Shown here: one piece after another, positions 1 to 9,478 of the stretch
How positions within the stretch are numbered: the first letter of the stretch is position 1
Layout: each line of letters starts with the position of its first letter
From: Candidatus Brocadia sp.
GTDB lineage: Bacteria; Planctomycetota; Brocadiia; Brocadiales; Brocadiaceae
Length of the DNA: 32,000 nucleotides
Assembly (NCBI GenBank): GCA_021650915.1
Contig: CP091279.1
Location: 840,001-872,000, forward strand
Reading direction: 5' to 3'
Translations under genes and position numbers: made by a program
Notes under the pieces: generated by a model
What the model was told of the DNA's origin: nothing
The model's input: the letters and a program-made list of their open reading frames with translations, nothing else
The model's database searches: none

Positions 1-8
1 CTGAGGTA

Positions 9-227
9 TTAGAAAAATGGATTATGCTGTTTCCTATCTCCCGTGGTGGTAAATGTCCCATGTCCCGGATGGACGATTACATAATCTTCTAAGGTAAAGA
101 GGAGTGTTTTTATTGAGTAGCTGAACTTCGTATAAGAACCACCGCTGAGATCCGTCCGCCCGATCCCGACGGCTTTCTGGCAGGTGCGCTTTTCTATCTT
201 AACATTCCGGCCAGTTCTTGTGATACC
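9..227 (-). pseudogene. MBL-fold metallo-hydrolase (GloB-like), C-terminal remnant
   Basis: Absent from the ORF track because it has no Met. The minus-strand frame is open from 227 to 12 with its stop at 11..9. It reads ...AVGIGRTDLSGGSYTKFSYSIKTLLFTLEDYVIVHPGHGTFTTTGDRKQHNPFF*, which fits the GRTDxxGG...PGHG...NPF C-terminus of beta-lactamase-fold hydrolases. The N-terminal two thirds are missing; ogt occupies that space. Confidence 0.5.
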
Positions 228-309
228 TTATAAAAGATCTGAAAAGACAATAAAATACCAGAAGACATCATCCCGGTATTTCCATAAAAATAGTTAAAAA
301 CTCTGACAA

Positions 310-939
310 TCAGCCCCCTGATTCATCACTGGCTCCGTGTGGTGGGGATAGAGTGCTGCTTCCTGTCAAAATGTTACAATTGTGAACCGTGTGCCGTTCC
401 ATTTCCAATAACTGTTTTTTAACAGAGATTCCAAAGGCATACCCAACTAATGAACCATCAGAACCGATGATTCTGTGACAAGGGATCACCGGCGGTACAG
501 GATTTTTATTATTTGCCATACCCACTGCCCGCGTAGCCAAAGGTTGTCCGATTTCCTTTGCAACCCACTTGTAAGACCGACATTCTCCATATGGAATTTC
601 CCTGAGTTTTTCCCATACTTTCTGTTGAAACGGCGTGCCCTGATCCAAGTCCAGAGGAAAATCGAACGATACTGTTTTGCCCTGAAAATACTTTTTCAGG
701 ACATCTGTTTCTGGTTTAAGAAACAAATCGTTCCGCTGAATTTTTATGCTCCCGTTGGTTTTCTCTACGCGTGATGTGATGTCTCTTATAAATGGCCGCA
801 GAAAATCTTCTTCCGAATCATGTGGGAATGAAATCCGGCAGATTCCTTTTGCACTCTTTGCGACGTACACATTGCCTATCGGAGAAGAAAAACTGCTAAA
901 ATTTATTTCCAATTTATTTCCTGGCGCTCTTCTGTCCAA
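310..939 (-). CDS. ogt: methylated-DNA--protein-cysteine methyltransferase
   Basis: 209-aa ORF with the active-site motif PCHRIIGSDGSLVGYAFG and the upstream NKNPVPPVIP helix. It carries an unusual ~25-aa C-terminal extension. Confidence 0.9.
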   Translation of the reverse strand: MDRRAPGNKLEINFSSFSSPIGNVYVAKSAKGICRISFPHDSEEDFLRPFIRDITSRVEKTNGSIKIQRNDLFLKPETDVLKKYFQGKTVSFDFPLDLDQGTPFQQKVWEKLREIPYGECRSYKWVAKEIGQPLATRAVGMANNKNPVPPVIPCHRIIGSDGSLVGYAFGISVKKQLLEMERHTVHNCNILTGSSTLSPPHGASDESGG

Positions 940-1699
940 ATGTCAGTCTGTATGCCTTAATAAAACCCATTATAGTTAAAGTTACAGAAAGCAGTGTTGT
1001 GAGAACGGCAATGATGATTGTGGCAAGTAGCCATAATTCCCGTATGAAATGCTTCCACCATCCATATTTTAATAAACTGATTCCCGCTTTATCAAGAAAA
1101 AAGAGAATAAGGGAGATAATCGTAAATCCAAGAACAAGATATTTAATATCCTGCTTGTGAGGCGCTATGGAAATGGCAAATATAATGAGCGTTACCAAGA
1201 ACAGGATGTGACGTACATCCTTCAAATGGAGCTGTTTTTTAAAGCTATTAAAGGTGCTCCATACCGTATCAAGCAGATGCTGAAACAAGTCGAAAAAGCC
1301 CTTCAGGGTAAAATGGATTTCCTTGGGGAATGTATCATCGAGATGGATAGGGTTACCAAGCATCTTCGACGTAAAAAAGATAACATAGGCACAACCAAAA
1401 AGAGGCGCCGCGGCAATTGCGAAGTCAAAGAGGACGGGAATCTTGGGTTTATCGTATTTAATTCCAGCACTGTCCGTTGTGAATAGATTCAACTCTGTAA
1501 TAGTCGTACCCGTAATAAGACATACAAAGGCATGACTGAGTTCATGCACCATCGTGCCTGGAAAGAGAAATCCGCGGATCATTTTATCATGGATGTAATT
1601 TACCCACAGTCCATAGATTGCAAAACTAAGAAAAATCATTAAAATAAGGCATATCGCTAAAGAAAAGTATATCATGGTATCGTCTCTTAGCCACATCAT
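914..1699 (-). CDS. polytopic membrane protein with HExxH zincin motif (DUF3267/M50-like putative metalloprotease)
   Basis: 261-aa ORF with several hydrophobic helices and the motif MVHELSHAFVCLITG. Family assignment is by motif only. Confidence 0.5.
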   Translation of the reverse strand: MMWLRDDTMIYFSLAICLILMIFLSFAIYGLWVNYIHDKMIRGFLFPGTMVHELSHAFVCLITGTTITELNLFTTDSAGIKYDKPKIPVLFDFAIAAAPLFGCAYVIFFTSKMLGNPIHLDDTFPKEIHFTLKGFFDLFQHLLDTVWSTFNSFKKQLHLKDVRHILFLVTLIIFAISIAPHKQDIKYLVLGFTIISLILFFLDKAGISLLKYGWWKHFIRELWLLATIIIAVLTTLLSVTLTIMGFIKAYRLTFGQKSARK

Positions 1700-1884
1700 T
1701 CACTCCGAAGCAAGTATCGAATACTGACCTTTGAAACTAGAAATTTTCCATGAATACGGTATGCAGCTTTCGGTAATGTTCTCTTGTGCCTGAAATACTT
1801 GTGTGCTAGATTAACAGAGGTTTTAGGATATGTCAACCTGAAAGACATTTTAATTTCCCCGGACTTATTACGAAAAGAATTGCT

Positions 1885-1912
1885 TTGCAATTTGAAAGAT
1901 GAGCTATATAAT
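1885..1912 (+). promoter_or_regulatory. candidate sigma70-type promoter (TTGCAA-16 nt-TATAAT)
   Basis: TTGCAA at 1885-1890 and TATAAT at 1907-1912, in AT-rich intergenic DNA about 150 nt upstream of tRNA-Ala. This could be a chance match. Confidence 0.25.
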
Positions 1913-2068
1913 ATGAAACAAATTTATCAAATATTGCTAAGAGTAAAAAATCAATGGATTTATAGTGCTCCCTTACTAAACAGCTTGAAATCATAAATCG
2001 TATATTTGCCCTCTAGAATTTTCTGTTAATTTTGTGTCCTTACTGGCAAACGATACTCATGACTTTAT

Positions 2069-2145
<77 letters not shown>

Positions 2146-2258
2146 CACACCCGTGTCAATTATAATACCCTCATCAAACGGTCTCTGCAAGGTCTCTGAA
2201 AATACGGTAAATTATGTGTTTGTTTCGTTCTAACTCTTAAATAACGATTCTTTTAGCA

Positions 2259-2960
2259 TTGTTTTATATGACAACGATCCTGGTAATTGCGCCTCATCCT
2301 GATGATGCAGAAGGTGGTATGGGAGGCAGCATCCTGAAATTAGTCTCCCTTGGGTATAATGTCCACATCCTCGATCTGACAAATGGTGAGCCTACCCCGC
2401 ACGGTAATCCTGAAATCAGACAAAAAGAATGGGAACAATCAACAGCGATGCTTGGTGTGAAAAGCAGGACGGTGCTTGATTTGCCCAATCGTTATCTCAT
2501 GGATAGCATTGAGGCCCGTAAAAAGGTTGCGGCCATGATTCGGAAAATATGTCCGCAAATCATTTTCCTCCCTTACTGGGTCGATGCACACCCTGATCAT
2601 ATTCAAGCCACCCAGATCGGTGAGGCTGCCCGATTTTATGCGAAGCTGACTAAGTCAGATATCCCCGGAGAGCCGTGTTATCCGACCCACATCTTTTATT
2701 ACCTCTGTTCCCATTTCCGACTCCACGTCACCCCCACCTTTATTCTGGACATCAGCAAGGAATTTGAAAAGAAACTCCAGATTGCGCGGGTCTATCAATC
2801 CCAGTTTGCTTATGATGACGACCGATGGAAATATATCAGCCGTTCCCTTATCGCAAAGAATCAATATTACGGCAATCTGATCCGCGTCGATTACGGAGAA
2901 CCCTTTATGAGCCGGGAACAGCTTGGTCTAACGGATATACGTGATGTTCTATCGCAGTAA
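2259..2960 (+). CDS. PIG-L / LmbE family deacetylase
   Basis: 233-aa ORF with the N-terminal VIAPHPDDAEGGMGG motif and a later HPDH motif, both typical of the family. Confidence 0.85.
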   Translation: MFYMTTILVIAPHPDDAEGGMGGSILKLVSLGYNVHILDLTNGEPTPHGNPEIRQKEWEQSTAMLGVKSRTVLDLPNRYLMDSIEARKKVAAMIRKICPQIIFLPYWVDAHPDHIQATQIGEAARFYAKLTKSDIPGEPCYPTHIFYYLCSHFRLHVTPTFILDISKEFEKKLQIARVYQSQFAYDDDRWKYISRSLIAKNQYYGNLIRVDYGEPFMSREQLGLTDIRDVLSQ

Positions 2961-3027
2961 CGCGGCGATCAAGTCTCCCATGGGAAAGAGGATCAACGGG
3001 GTCTGTAAGGAAACTCGTTAGGAAGGT

Positions 3028-3215
3028 ATGAAATACTTTCCCGTAAGAAAACTCAATTTCAATTTGCTGGAAAAACGCCTGAATGCAAACCCCATCACCT
3101 ACCAAAGAATTATTATTGGTCCCAGGATTGACGAAAATGCAGCCGTCATCGATTTTGGGAAAAAGCATCTTGTGGCTAAGACCAACCCCGTCACTTTTAC
3201 AACACAAGGGATTAT
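3028..3215 (+). pseudogene. AIR-synthase-related (ThiL/HypE/SelD superfamily) N-terminal remnant
   Basis: The ORF begins ...IIIGPRIDENAAVIDFGKKHLVAKTNPVTFTT, resembling the GxGEDAAVxD...LVxxTDPxTF N-domain pattern with degraded catalytic residues. Similarity stops near 3215, where IS-derived sequence starts. Confidence 0.4.
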
Positions 3216-3235
3216 AATCCATACCGGCACAGCAG

Positions 3236-3838
3236 ATATTATCTTATGCAGATTTGCGAAAGTATGGACATAGGAAAAGCATTTGAAAATACCTCCGTTG
3301 TCGCGCACCTCAGGCTGCTATCCGTTACGATAAATTTCACGTTATAAGACACCTGAATGATGCCTTAGGCAAAACGAGAAAGAACGAATATGCCAGACTC
3401 AGTGGCAAAGATCGTAAGTTCATTAAAGGTCAGAAATACACTCTTCTGTCTCATCGTGAGAACCTTACGATAGGCGGGAGATGGGCATCAAAAACGCTTC
3501 TGACTGCTAGCAAACGGCTGAATACAGCATACGTCCTCGAAAAAACATTCGGACAGTTATGGAGCTATACGTCAGAGGTCCGGACCAGAAAGTTTTTTGG
3601 TAACTGGAAAATCTCGTTAAAATGGCAACGGCTTAGGCCCTATGAGAAGTTTGCAGAACTGGTCGAACGCCACGGGGATGGCATCGCCGCCTTCTGCAAA
3701 CCAAAAAATAAGGTTTCGCTCAGATTTGTCGAAGGGATCAACAACAAAATCAGAGTCATTCAACGCCGAGCTTATGGCCTACGAGACGAAGAGTATCTTC
3801 GTCTCAAAATATTGACCTGCATATTGCCTGATATCTAA
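3236..3838 (+). pseudogene. ISL3 family transposase, C-terminal fragment with internal frameshift
   Basis: Absent from the ORF track because it has no Met. One frame reads ...ICESMDIGKAFENTSVVAH. After a frameshift near 3290-3310 it continues APQAAIRYDKFHVIRHLNDALGKTRKNEY...EGINNKIRVIQRRAYGLRDEEYLRLKILTCILPDI* with the stop at 3836-3838. The DKFHV and GINNKI..IQRRAYG motifs are typical of ISL3. Confidence 0.75.
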
Positions 3839-3887
3839 TTCAGTACAAAAATGACTCATTTTTACCCACTCAATAGGAAAAAGACCC
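3236..3887 (+). mobile_element. ISL3-family IS remnant (3' third only)
   Basis: Contains the C-terminal transposase fragment below. A plausible right terminal repeat ends ...GGAAAAAGACCC at 3887 (ISL3 ends resemble GGCTCTTTTT). The 5' two thirds of the element are absent, and the left boundary is approximate. Confidence 0.7.
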
Positions 3888-3931
3888 ATAAATCTTATCA
3901 TCCAAAAACTATGTAAAACAACAAACTTGTT

Positions 3932-4417
3932 TTACACAAATCTGTGCATTACATACACGTCTATCAAGCCGAGTTTCCTGTGGTTAAATGCCTTTGGCAC
4001 GGTACCGACTATCTTAAATCCAAGTTTTAGCCATAGCTGTATAGCAACCAGATTAGTACTCACCACAAAATTAAATTGTATTGCAGAAAAACCAAGCTTC
4101 CTTGCCTGTTTTATGGAATGGCTGCCCATAGCCTTGCCGATACCTTGTCCCCAAGTTTCAGGATGTACCATATAAGCCGCGTTTGCAACATGGGCGCCCA
4201 GATCAGGCTGATTCTTCCTCAGAATATAGGTACCGCGAATTCTATTCTGTAATTCCGCAACATAGGTATGTACAGGAGGCGACATCCACAGGCTTCTGCA
4301 ATTTTCCTTGCTTGACTTTGGATCAAAGGTGAAGGTATCTCCCCTCTTTACTACTTGATGGAAAATATTCCATACATCTTCAGAATCCGTATCCTTTGCC
4401 TTCCTTATCTTAATCAT
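3932..4417 (-). CDS. GNAT family N-acetyltransferase
   Basis: 161-aa ORF with a motif-A-like WGQGIGKAMGSHSIKQARKLGF and a C-terminal LKLGFKIVGT. It overlaps the upstream kinase gene by 8 nt. Confidence 0.85.
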   Translation of the reverse strand: MIKIRKAKDTDSEDVWNIFHQVVKRGDTFTFDPKSSKENCRSLWMSPPVHTYVAELQNRIRGTYILRKNQPDLGAHVANAAYMVHPETWGQGIGKAMGSHSIKQARKLGFSAIQFNFVVSTNLVAIQLWLKLGFKIVGTVPKAFNHRKLGLIDVYVMHRFV

Positions 4418-6032
4418 CGTTCTTGCGAGGTTTTATTGGTAACGTAAAAGTGAAGGTGCTCCCTTTCCCATATTCACTTTCTACCCATATTTTCCCCCCT
4501 TGTAATTCCACCAGATGTTTTGTGAGAATTAAACCAAGTCCAGTTCCTTCGTAACGGCGTGAATATGTGCCGTCTAATTGAAGAAATGGTTTAAATAATT
4601 TGTCAATGTCTTCAGATTTGATACCAATTCCCGTGTCGCCTACCCCAATTTGAACATATTGCTCCACCAGTTCTGCGTTGATAGTAATCCGACCCTTTTC
4701 TGATGTAAACTTAACAGCATTGGATAAGAGATTAAACATGATTTGCTTAAATTTTACTTTATCAACAATTATGGGGGGAATGCCAGGGTGGAACTGTGTG
4801 TGTATGCTGATGCCTTTCTTGCTGGAGAATTCGGAAATCGCATTCAATACCTCATCAATAACCTCTTTCAATGAAAACTCTTCATACGTGAGCTCAAATT
4901 TCCCAGCCTCAATTTTTGAGAAGTCAAGGATGTTATTAATCATGCCGAGCAGGTGTTGTCCGCTGCTACGGATATCATCTAAACATTCTTTTTGTTCTTT
5001 AAGGAGCGGGCCGATAACTTCATCCCTTAAGACTTCTGAAAAACCGATGATCGCATTCAATGGAGTGCGTAGCTCGTGTGACATGGTCGCTAAAAATTCC
5101 GATTTCAGTCTGTTGGCCTTTTCAAGTGCAATGTTTGCCTGGCGAAGCTGTTTTGTTCTTTCTTCCACTTTTTTTTCGAGATTCAAATACAAACTTTCCA
5201 AATGCCTGGATTGTTCAATCGCTGTTTTTTTGTATACATCCAACAAATTTGTTTGAGTAGCTATCAACGACCTGAGCCTTTCCTCCTCTTTAATCTCGAT
5301 TTTATCGCTAACAAAGATCTTTTCTGTTACAAAAGGCAACACCGCCATTCTTACACTTAAGGCAATGTTTTTGAACATATTTGCTGTCTCGCGAGGAATT
5401 TTCGCTTTAGAAAACATAATCAGTGAGAATAAATTTCCCGTAGGCAATATGCTTCCGAGTCCTAAAACAGATTCGATTTCGTAAGGGACTACGAATTTAT
5501 CCTGAGCGGGAATAGAGGGGCTTCCAAGGGCATTGGGTACGTGGAACACGTTGAATAGCTTGCTCCCCAACTCTCTAATAAATTCTGGGGTAGGATCGAG
5601 AATATCCCTGATATCTATTCCTAATTGGTAAATCATTTGAGAAATCATGGGGATTTGTTCCACGGCACCTTCACTCACCAAAGGAATAACCCTGTGTTCT
5701 TTGGAAAGTTTTATCGAATTCCACTCCGGTCGTATTCCTACCGTAGCTAATTGAATCAAACACTTCATCCCTTGCCGGACAGGCTGCCCGTCTAATATTT
5801 CGTTGGCCAATCGACGTAATTCCGGGTCAAGCCTCGGGTAAGGATACGTCATAAAAAAACGAACCAGGGCACAAGATTTTTCACCGGTTTGTTTCTCAGT
5901 AAGATTGTCATAAAAATAACAAACCATCAAATTGGCCAATTCTTCCAGGTTTCTTGCCTTGAGGCCAAACTCCTGCAAGGCGTCTCCGCAACGGGTCATG
6001 TCTTCTAAAGTAAATTTTGTTAAATCATACAT
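4410..6032 (-). CDS. sensor histidine kinase (cytoplasmic, uncharacterised N-terminal sensor region)
   Basis: 540-aa ORF with the H-box SHELRTPLNAIIGFSE, an N box (NLLSNAVKFT), and G boxes (DTGIGI, GTGLGL). No obvious transmembrane helices are present and no response regulator lies adjacent. Confidence 0.9.
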   Translation of the reverse strand: MYDLTKFTLEDMTRCGDALQEFGLKARNLEELANLMVCYFYDNLTEKQTGEKSCALVRFFMTYPYPRLDPELRRLANEILDGQPVRQGMKCLIQLATVGIRPEWNSIKLSKEHRVIPLVSEGAVEQIPMISQMIYQLGIDIRDILDPTPEFIRELGSKLFNVFHVPNALGSPSIPAQDKFVVPYEIESVLGLGSILPTGNLFSLIMFSKAKIPRETANMFKNIALSVRMAVLPFVTEKIFVSDKIEIKEEERLRSLIATQTNLLDVYKKTAIEQSRHLESLYLNLEKKVEERTKQLRQANIALEKANRLKSEFLATMSHELRTPLNAIIGFSEVLRDEVIGPLLKEQKECLDDIRSSGQHLLGMINNILDFSKIEAGKFELTYEEFSLKEVIDEVLNAISEFSSKKGISIHTQFHPGIPPIIVDKVKFKQIMFNLLSNAVKFTSEKGRITINAELVEQYVQIGVGDTGIGIKSEDIDKLFKPFLQLDGTYSRRYEGTGLGLILTKHLVELQGGKIWVESEYGKGSTFTFTLPIKPRKNDD

Positions 6033-6164
6033 TGTTTTGTAAATTTACCCTATTTGTGAAAGGGAACGAAGGCCCTTTTTTTCCGATTGTAAACAGAAAA
6101 AAATTATAGAAGATCGTGTCGCACCTGTACCTTTCATGCACGTGTTCATAACACTTATCCAAAA

Positions 6165-7145
6165 CTAGGTAAGCGCTTCAGGATTTACACAATTCGGGGG
6201 TTTCTGTCTGTTTAGCACGGCAATGATATTTTCTGCGGCCATGAGAGACATTTTCGTTCTGGTTTCCACCGTGGCACTGCCCAGATGTGGTGCGAGGACG
6301 ACGTTGTCCAGTTCTGCAAGTCCTGGCTTTAATTTCGGTTCCTCCTCATAGACGTCAAGCCCTGCCCCTGCAATCTGCCTATTCCGTAAAGCTTGTACCA
6401 AGGCATCTTCATCGATTACGGCGCCCCGTCCGGTATTTATAAGATACGCCGTTCTTTTCATCGTTGAGAATTCCTGTGAACCTATCAAGTGTCTGGTTTT
6501 CTCAGAAAGCGGGGTATGGATAGAAATAAAATCCGACTCTTTGAGTAATGTTTCTAAATCTACCCTTTTAGCGCCAAGCATCTCTTCCAAGACAGTATTT
6601 CTCCTGCTTTGCGTGGTATAAAGAACCTTCATACACCATCCCCGCGATCGCATTGCCATGGCCGTTCCAATCCTGCCTGCGCCAATAATACCCAGGGTCT
6701 TTCCCACGAGGTCACCTCCAAGCAGCATCATGGGCGCCCAACCGGTAAATTGACCTGCACGGGTAAGCTTATCTCCCTCCACAATCCTCCGGGTTACGGA
6801 AAAAAGCAACGCCCAGGCCATATCGGCGGTGCTGTCCGCCAATACACCGGGTGTATTCGTTACAACGATGCCCCTGACAGTGGCAGCCTTGACATCAATA
6901 TTGTCGTATCCCACGGCATAATTGGCCACAATTTTCAGATTTGTTGCCTCTTGCATCAAGCGTGCATCGACCCTGTTTGAAAGCATCGTGATGATCGCAT
7001 CCCTGCCCCTTACCTCCTTCAGCATCTCGTCATAGGTCAGTGGCCGGTCGTGCGGATTTACTTCCACCTTTTGACAAGCCTTTTTGAGAACATTCACGCC
7101 CTCGTCAGGAATCTGTCTCGTGATATATACATTCAATGGCATCAT
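6165..7145 (-). CDS. D-isomer-specific 2-hydroxyacid dehydrogenase (glyoxylate/hydroxypyruvate reductase-like)
   Basis: 326-aa ORF with the NAD-binding GIIGAGRIGTAMA motif, the catalytic-region pattern NTGRGAVIDE and APHLGSAT. Confidence 0.9.
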   Translation of the reverse strand: MMPLNVYITRQIPDEGVNVLKKACQKVEVNPHDRPLTYDEMLKEVRGRDAIITMLSNRVDARLMQEATNLKIVANYAVGYDNIDVKAATVRGIVVTNTPGVLADSTADMAWALLFSVTRRIVEGDKLTRAGQFTGWAPMMLLGGDLVGKTLGIIGAGRIGTAMAMRSRGWCMKVLYTTQSRRNTVLEEMLGAKRVDLETLLKESDFISIHTPLSEKTRHLIGSQEFSTMKRTAYLINTGRGAVIDEDALVQALRNRQIAGAGLDVYEEEPKLKPGLAELDNVVLAPHLGSATVETRTKMSLMAAENIIAVLNRQKPPNCVNPEALT

Positions 7146-7183
7146 TATTTCCCTTTTCGATCTATAGTATTACTCCATAAAAA

Positions 7184-7275
7184 CTTCTTTTTTCTGTAAT
7201 GTTTTCTTTGTGATCTTTGTATAAAACTTTGCGTTCTTTGTGGTTGAACTTTTTTGGTTGCGACTGTGCTGCGTT
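7184..7275 (-). repeat. dispersed ~70-90 bp repeat, copy 1 (inverted relative to copy at 26121-26190)
   Basis: The reverse complement reads ...CGCAGCACAGTCGCAACCAAAAAAGTTCAACCACAAAGA...AAAGAAAACATTACAGAAAAAAGAAG. It aligns with 26121-26190 apart from one ~25-nt indel and a few mismatches. Confidence 0.7.
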
Positions 7276-7356
7276 ATAATATTACTGTGTAAAAGCTTTT
7301 TTTTTGTAAGTTTTTTCACAAACCCCTTTCAGGAGGTACCGTTTTTTATGAGTGAA

Positions 7357-7449
7357 AGATTGCTTCGCTTCGCTCGCAATGACAACGTGCAGTGTATCAT
7401 CAAAGTGCATGGTCGCTGTCATTGCGAGGGGCCTTTTCCGAAGCAATCT
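7357..7449. repeat. long imperfect palindrome (REP/MITE-like hairpin)
   Basis: The left arm AGATTGCTTCGCTTCGCTCGCAATGACAACG (7357-7387) pairs with the right arm CGCTGTCATTGCGAGGGGCCTTTTCCGAAGCAATCT (7414-7449). It generates the spurious RFARNDN...CHCEG...KQSP reading frame of ORF 7240..7590. Confidence 0.75.
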
Positions 7450-7497
7450 CCCCGCTTTCACAACGGAGAATTGGTTGCGGCCTTGCTGCGCTATGCA

Positions 7498-8118
7498 TTA
7501 TTTACAATACTCCCGGTACAAAAGCATATAATTCACAATAATTTTCTTTGCCTCCGGACGGAGGTCCTGTCTGAGATCAGAATTCATTAAGACACTTTCC
7601 GTGATCTTCCAGGCCTCACACCAATCCTGTTCAAAGGCCATCTGCGCCTTTGCCAGGGCCAAGATCATGGATACCGTAAAACTGTCTTGCACTGCCTTGT
7701 ACGCCTCTTCAAGCAAGATTATTGCATTTTCAGGATGAAAATAGTCGTCCATTGCTATAAGATAGCCGAGGCAAAATATTTCATCGGCGCTGAGAAAATC
7801 GGTGTTCAGCTCGGTAACCGACATATGATATAATAATCCCAGATAGTATGTATACAGCTCTGCATTATTCTTTCCTTCAAATCTCCACGAAAGGGCATTG
7901 ATTACCGCGGCCTTCACGTCGAGAGGATTTTCTGGAGACGAAAGAAATTCTGCAATTTCTACCCCCATTACGCCTTCCAGATGCGCCCGCTGAACCATTT
8001 TGACATCCAGATACGCCTTGTGAAAATCGGTGGCGGTAATCGGCGAATCGGCATGGCCTACTCCGGGAAAAACAAATAGTACTTTTAAGATAAGGGCAAC
8101 TATCAATACTTTTTTCAT
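7498..8118 (-). CDS. exported hypothetical protein
   Basis: This is ORF 7498..8148. The likely start is the internal MKKVLIVALILKVLFVFPGVGHADS signal peptide at 8118. I recognise no family. Confidence 0.55.
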   Translation of the reverse strand: MKKVLIVALILKVLFVFPGVGHADSPITATDFHKAYLDVKMVQRAHLEGVMGVEIAEFLSSPENPLDVKAAVINALSWRFEGKNNAELYTYYLGLLYHMSVTELNTDFLSADEIFCLGYLIAMDDYFHPENAIILLEEAYKAVQDSFTVSMILALAKAQMAFEQDWCEAWKITESVLMNSDLRQDLRPEAKKIIVNYMLLYREYCK

Positions 8119-8396
8119 ATTCAATTTTTCCTCACAATCAAGTGGCAAAGTGTCAACGGCTAGTGCAATCTTGCTAATTGAACCAGATATCTTTCCTAAG
8201 AACGAAAATCTTACCTTGGAAAAGGGTTAAAGATCACGCAAACCGCTTTAGTCCAATCGCAAATGATTGGATCAGCGAGGCACAAGTCACTTGACCCCTC
8301 CCTTTTGGGGAACTTAAGAGCGGCTAAACTGCGCCAGAGAATAAACCTTGTATTGTCATCATTGTAAATGCCTCGCTAACATATTACAATATATTT

Positions 8397-9104
8397 ATGT
8401 CAAACTTCAAAACCTTATTCGGTGTCGAACCTTCCTCAATCCAGGATATCTGCGTTGTAGTTCCCTTTCTTATGTCCGGATTGCTCAGGATACTGGGAGT
8501 AGATTCGTTAAAAAAGGGGAAACTCTTTTCTGCGGCAAACACCGGTGGATTTACCTTTATTAAGGCAGGCATTGGCACCTTGTTTGTCGGCGACGCCGTT
8601 TTGTACCTTGAAGAAACGGCTTGTCAGGCGATGATTTATTTTGGCGCCTGCGGACTGGTACAGGAAACCGACCGGTTGATGATCGGAAGCCTCGTTAGTC
8701 CCCAGGAGTGCATAGCGCTCGAAGGCTTTACGGACGTTGTCTTAAAATATACGGAAAAAATTACCGCCCACTATCCAGACCAGGAATTGCTTCAGTCTTT
8801 TTTGAGCACTGTGCCAAATCTGAATATTCAGCCCGTCAGGGGGATGAGTATGGGTTCCTTGAAGTGTGAGGAATCCTACAAAGAATTTTTTAATAAAAAA
8901 GGTGTTGATGTGGTAGACATGGAATGCTCTGCCTTTTTTAGCGCATCACGTCATATCCAAAAGAAGTCGATGGCCCTTTTGTATGTGACCGATATCATCG
9001 GTAAAACATCCTTTTTTGAGCCATGGAGGCCGAAGGACAAATCGCGTATTGACCATGCGATTCAGACCGCCAGTACTGCGATACAATTATTTTGCAGGCG
9101 GTGA
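8397..9104 (+). CDS. nucleoside phosphorylase family (PNP_UDP_1) protein, possibly a futalosine/MTA-type nucleosidase
   Basis: 235-aa ORF with C-terminal VDMECSAFFSASRHIQKKSMALLYVTDII, matching the DMEsaa...SD pattern of the family. The specific function is not determinable. Confidence 0.55.
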   Translation: MSNFKTLFGVEPSSIQDICVVVPFLMSGLLRILGVDSLKKGKLFSAANTGGFTFIKAGIGTLFVGDAVLYLEETACQAMIYFGACGLVQETDRLMIGSLVSPQECIALEGFTDVVLKYTEKITAHYPDQELLQSFLSTVPNLNIQPVRGMSMGSLKCEESYKEFFNKKGVDVVDMECSAFFSASRHIQKKSMALLYVTDIIGKTSFFEPWRPKDKSRIDHAIQTASTAIQLFCRR

Positions 9105-9303
9105 GGTTGCATGACATTGGATAGCATCGTTATCCAACGTTGTTAATAGTTTCACGCATTCACCAGTTGACACTTTGATTTGGCAAGTCTGTCCAATATT
9201 CAGTTCTAAGTGTGTCACGATGCCAACTTACCGTCTTTCACAGATGCAGTCCACACAGTTTCAAGGCAATTTCTCAGTCTATTGCGTCAGTGCGTTTTTA
9301 GTG

Positions 9304-9379
9304 TTCGAACGCTGATGCTCACCTGCAGCCGAAAGCGGGCGCGAAGCACTTGCCTGACGCTGGAGGCGGTCAGTTATAA
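9304..9379 (-). other. possible degenerate attC-like site (site D)
   Basis: TTCGAAC-G...CACCTGCAGC...GCTGGAGGCGG...GTTATAA lies about 100 bp downstream of the GNAT stop. The stem is imperfect and both core boxes deviate from RYYYAAC/GTTRRRY. Confidence 0.25.
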
Positions 9380-9478
9380 CGTTCTGTCAGGTGCTTTCCC
9401 CAATATTTCCTCTCCGCAGAATCCATTATCCGGCATGTCTTCGGACTTTCCGGCTTTGTGCTTCCAAGCGGCTCAGAC

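Noticed and set aside
1696-1996. Small ORFs 1696..1890 (minus strand) and 1784..1996 (plus strand)
   Set aside because: They lie in AT-rich intergenic DNA and overlap each other on opposite strands. They have no ribosome-binding sites or motifs, and the region more plausibly holds promoters for the flanking genes.
7240-7590. 116-aa ORF containing RFARNDN...CHCEG...KQSP
   Set aside because: The reading frame is created by the 93-bp palindromic repeat and the adjacent AT-rich intergenic DNA. It also overlaps the 3' end of the minus-strand exported-protein gene.
9131-9170. ATCCAAC|GTTGTTA...GTTGACA as a fifth attC-like site at the distal end of the array
   Set aside because: The span is only about 38 bp, no convincing stem can be drawn and the right box does not fit GTTRRRY. 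At most it is a lone core-like heptamer.
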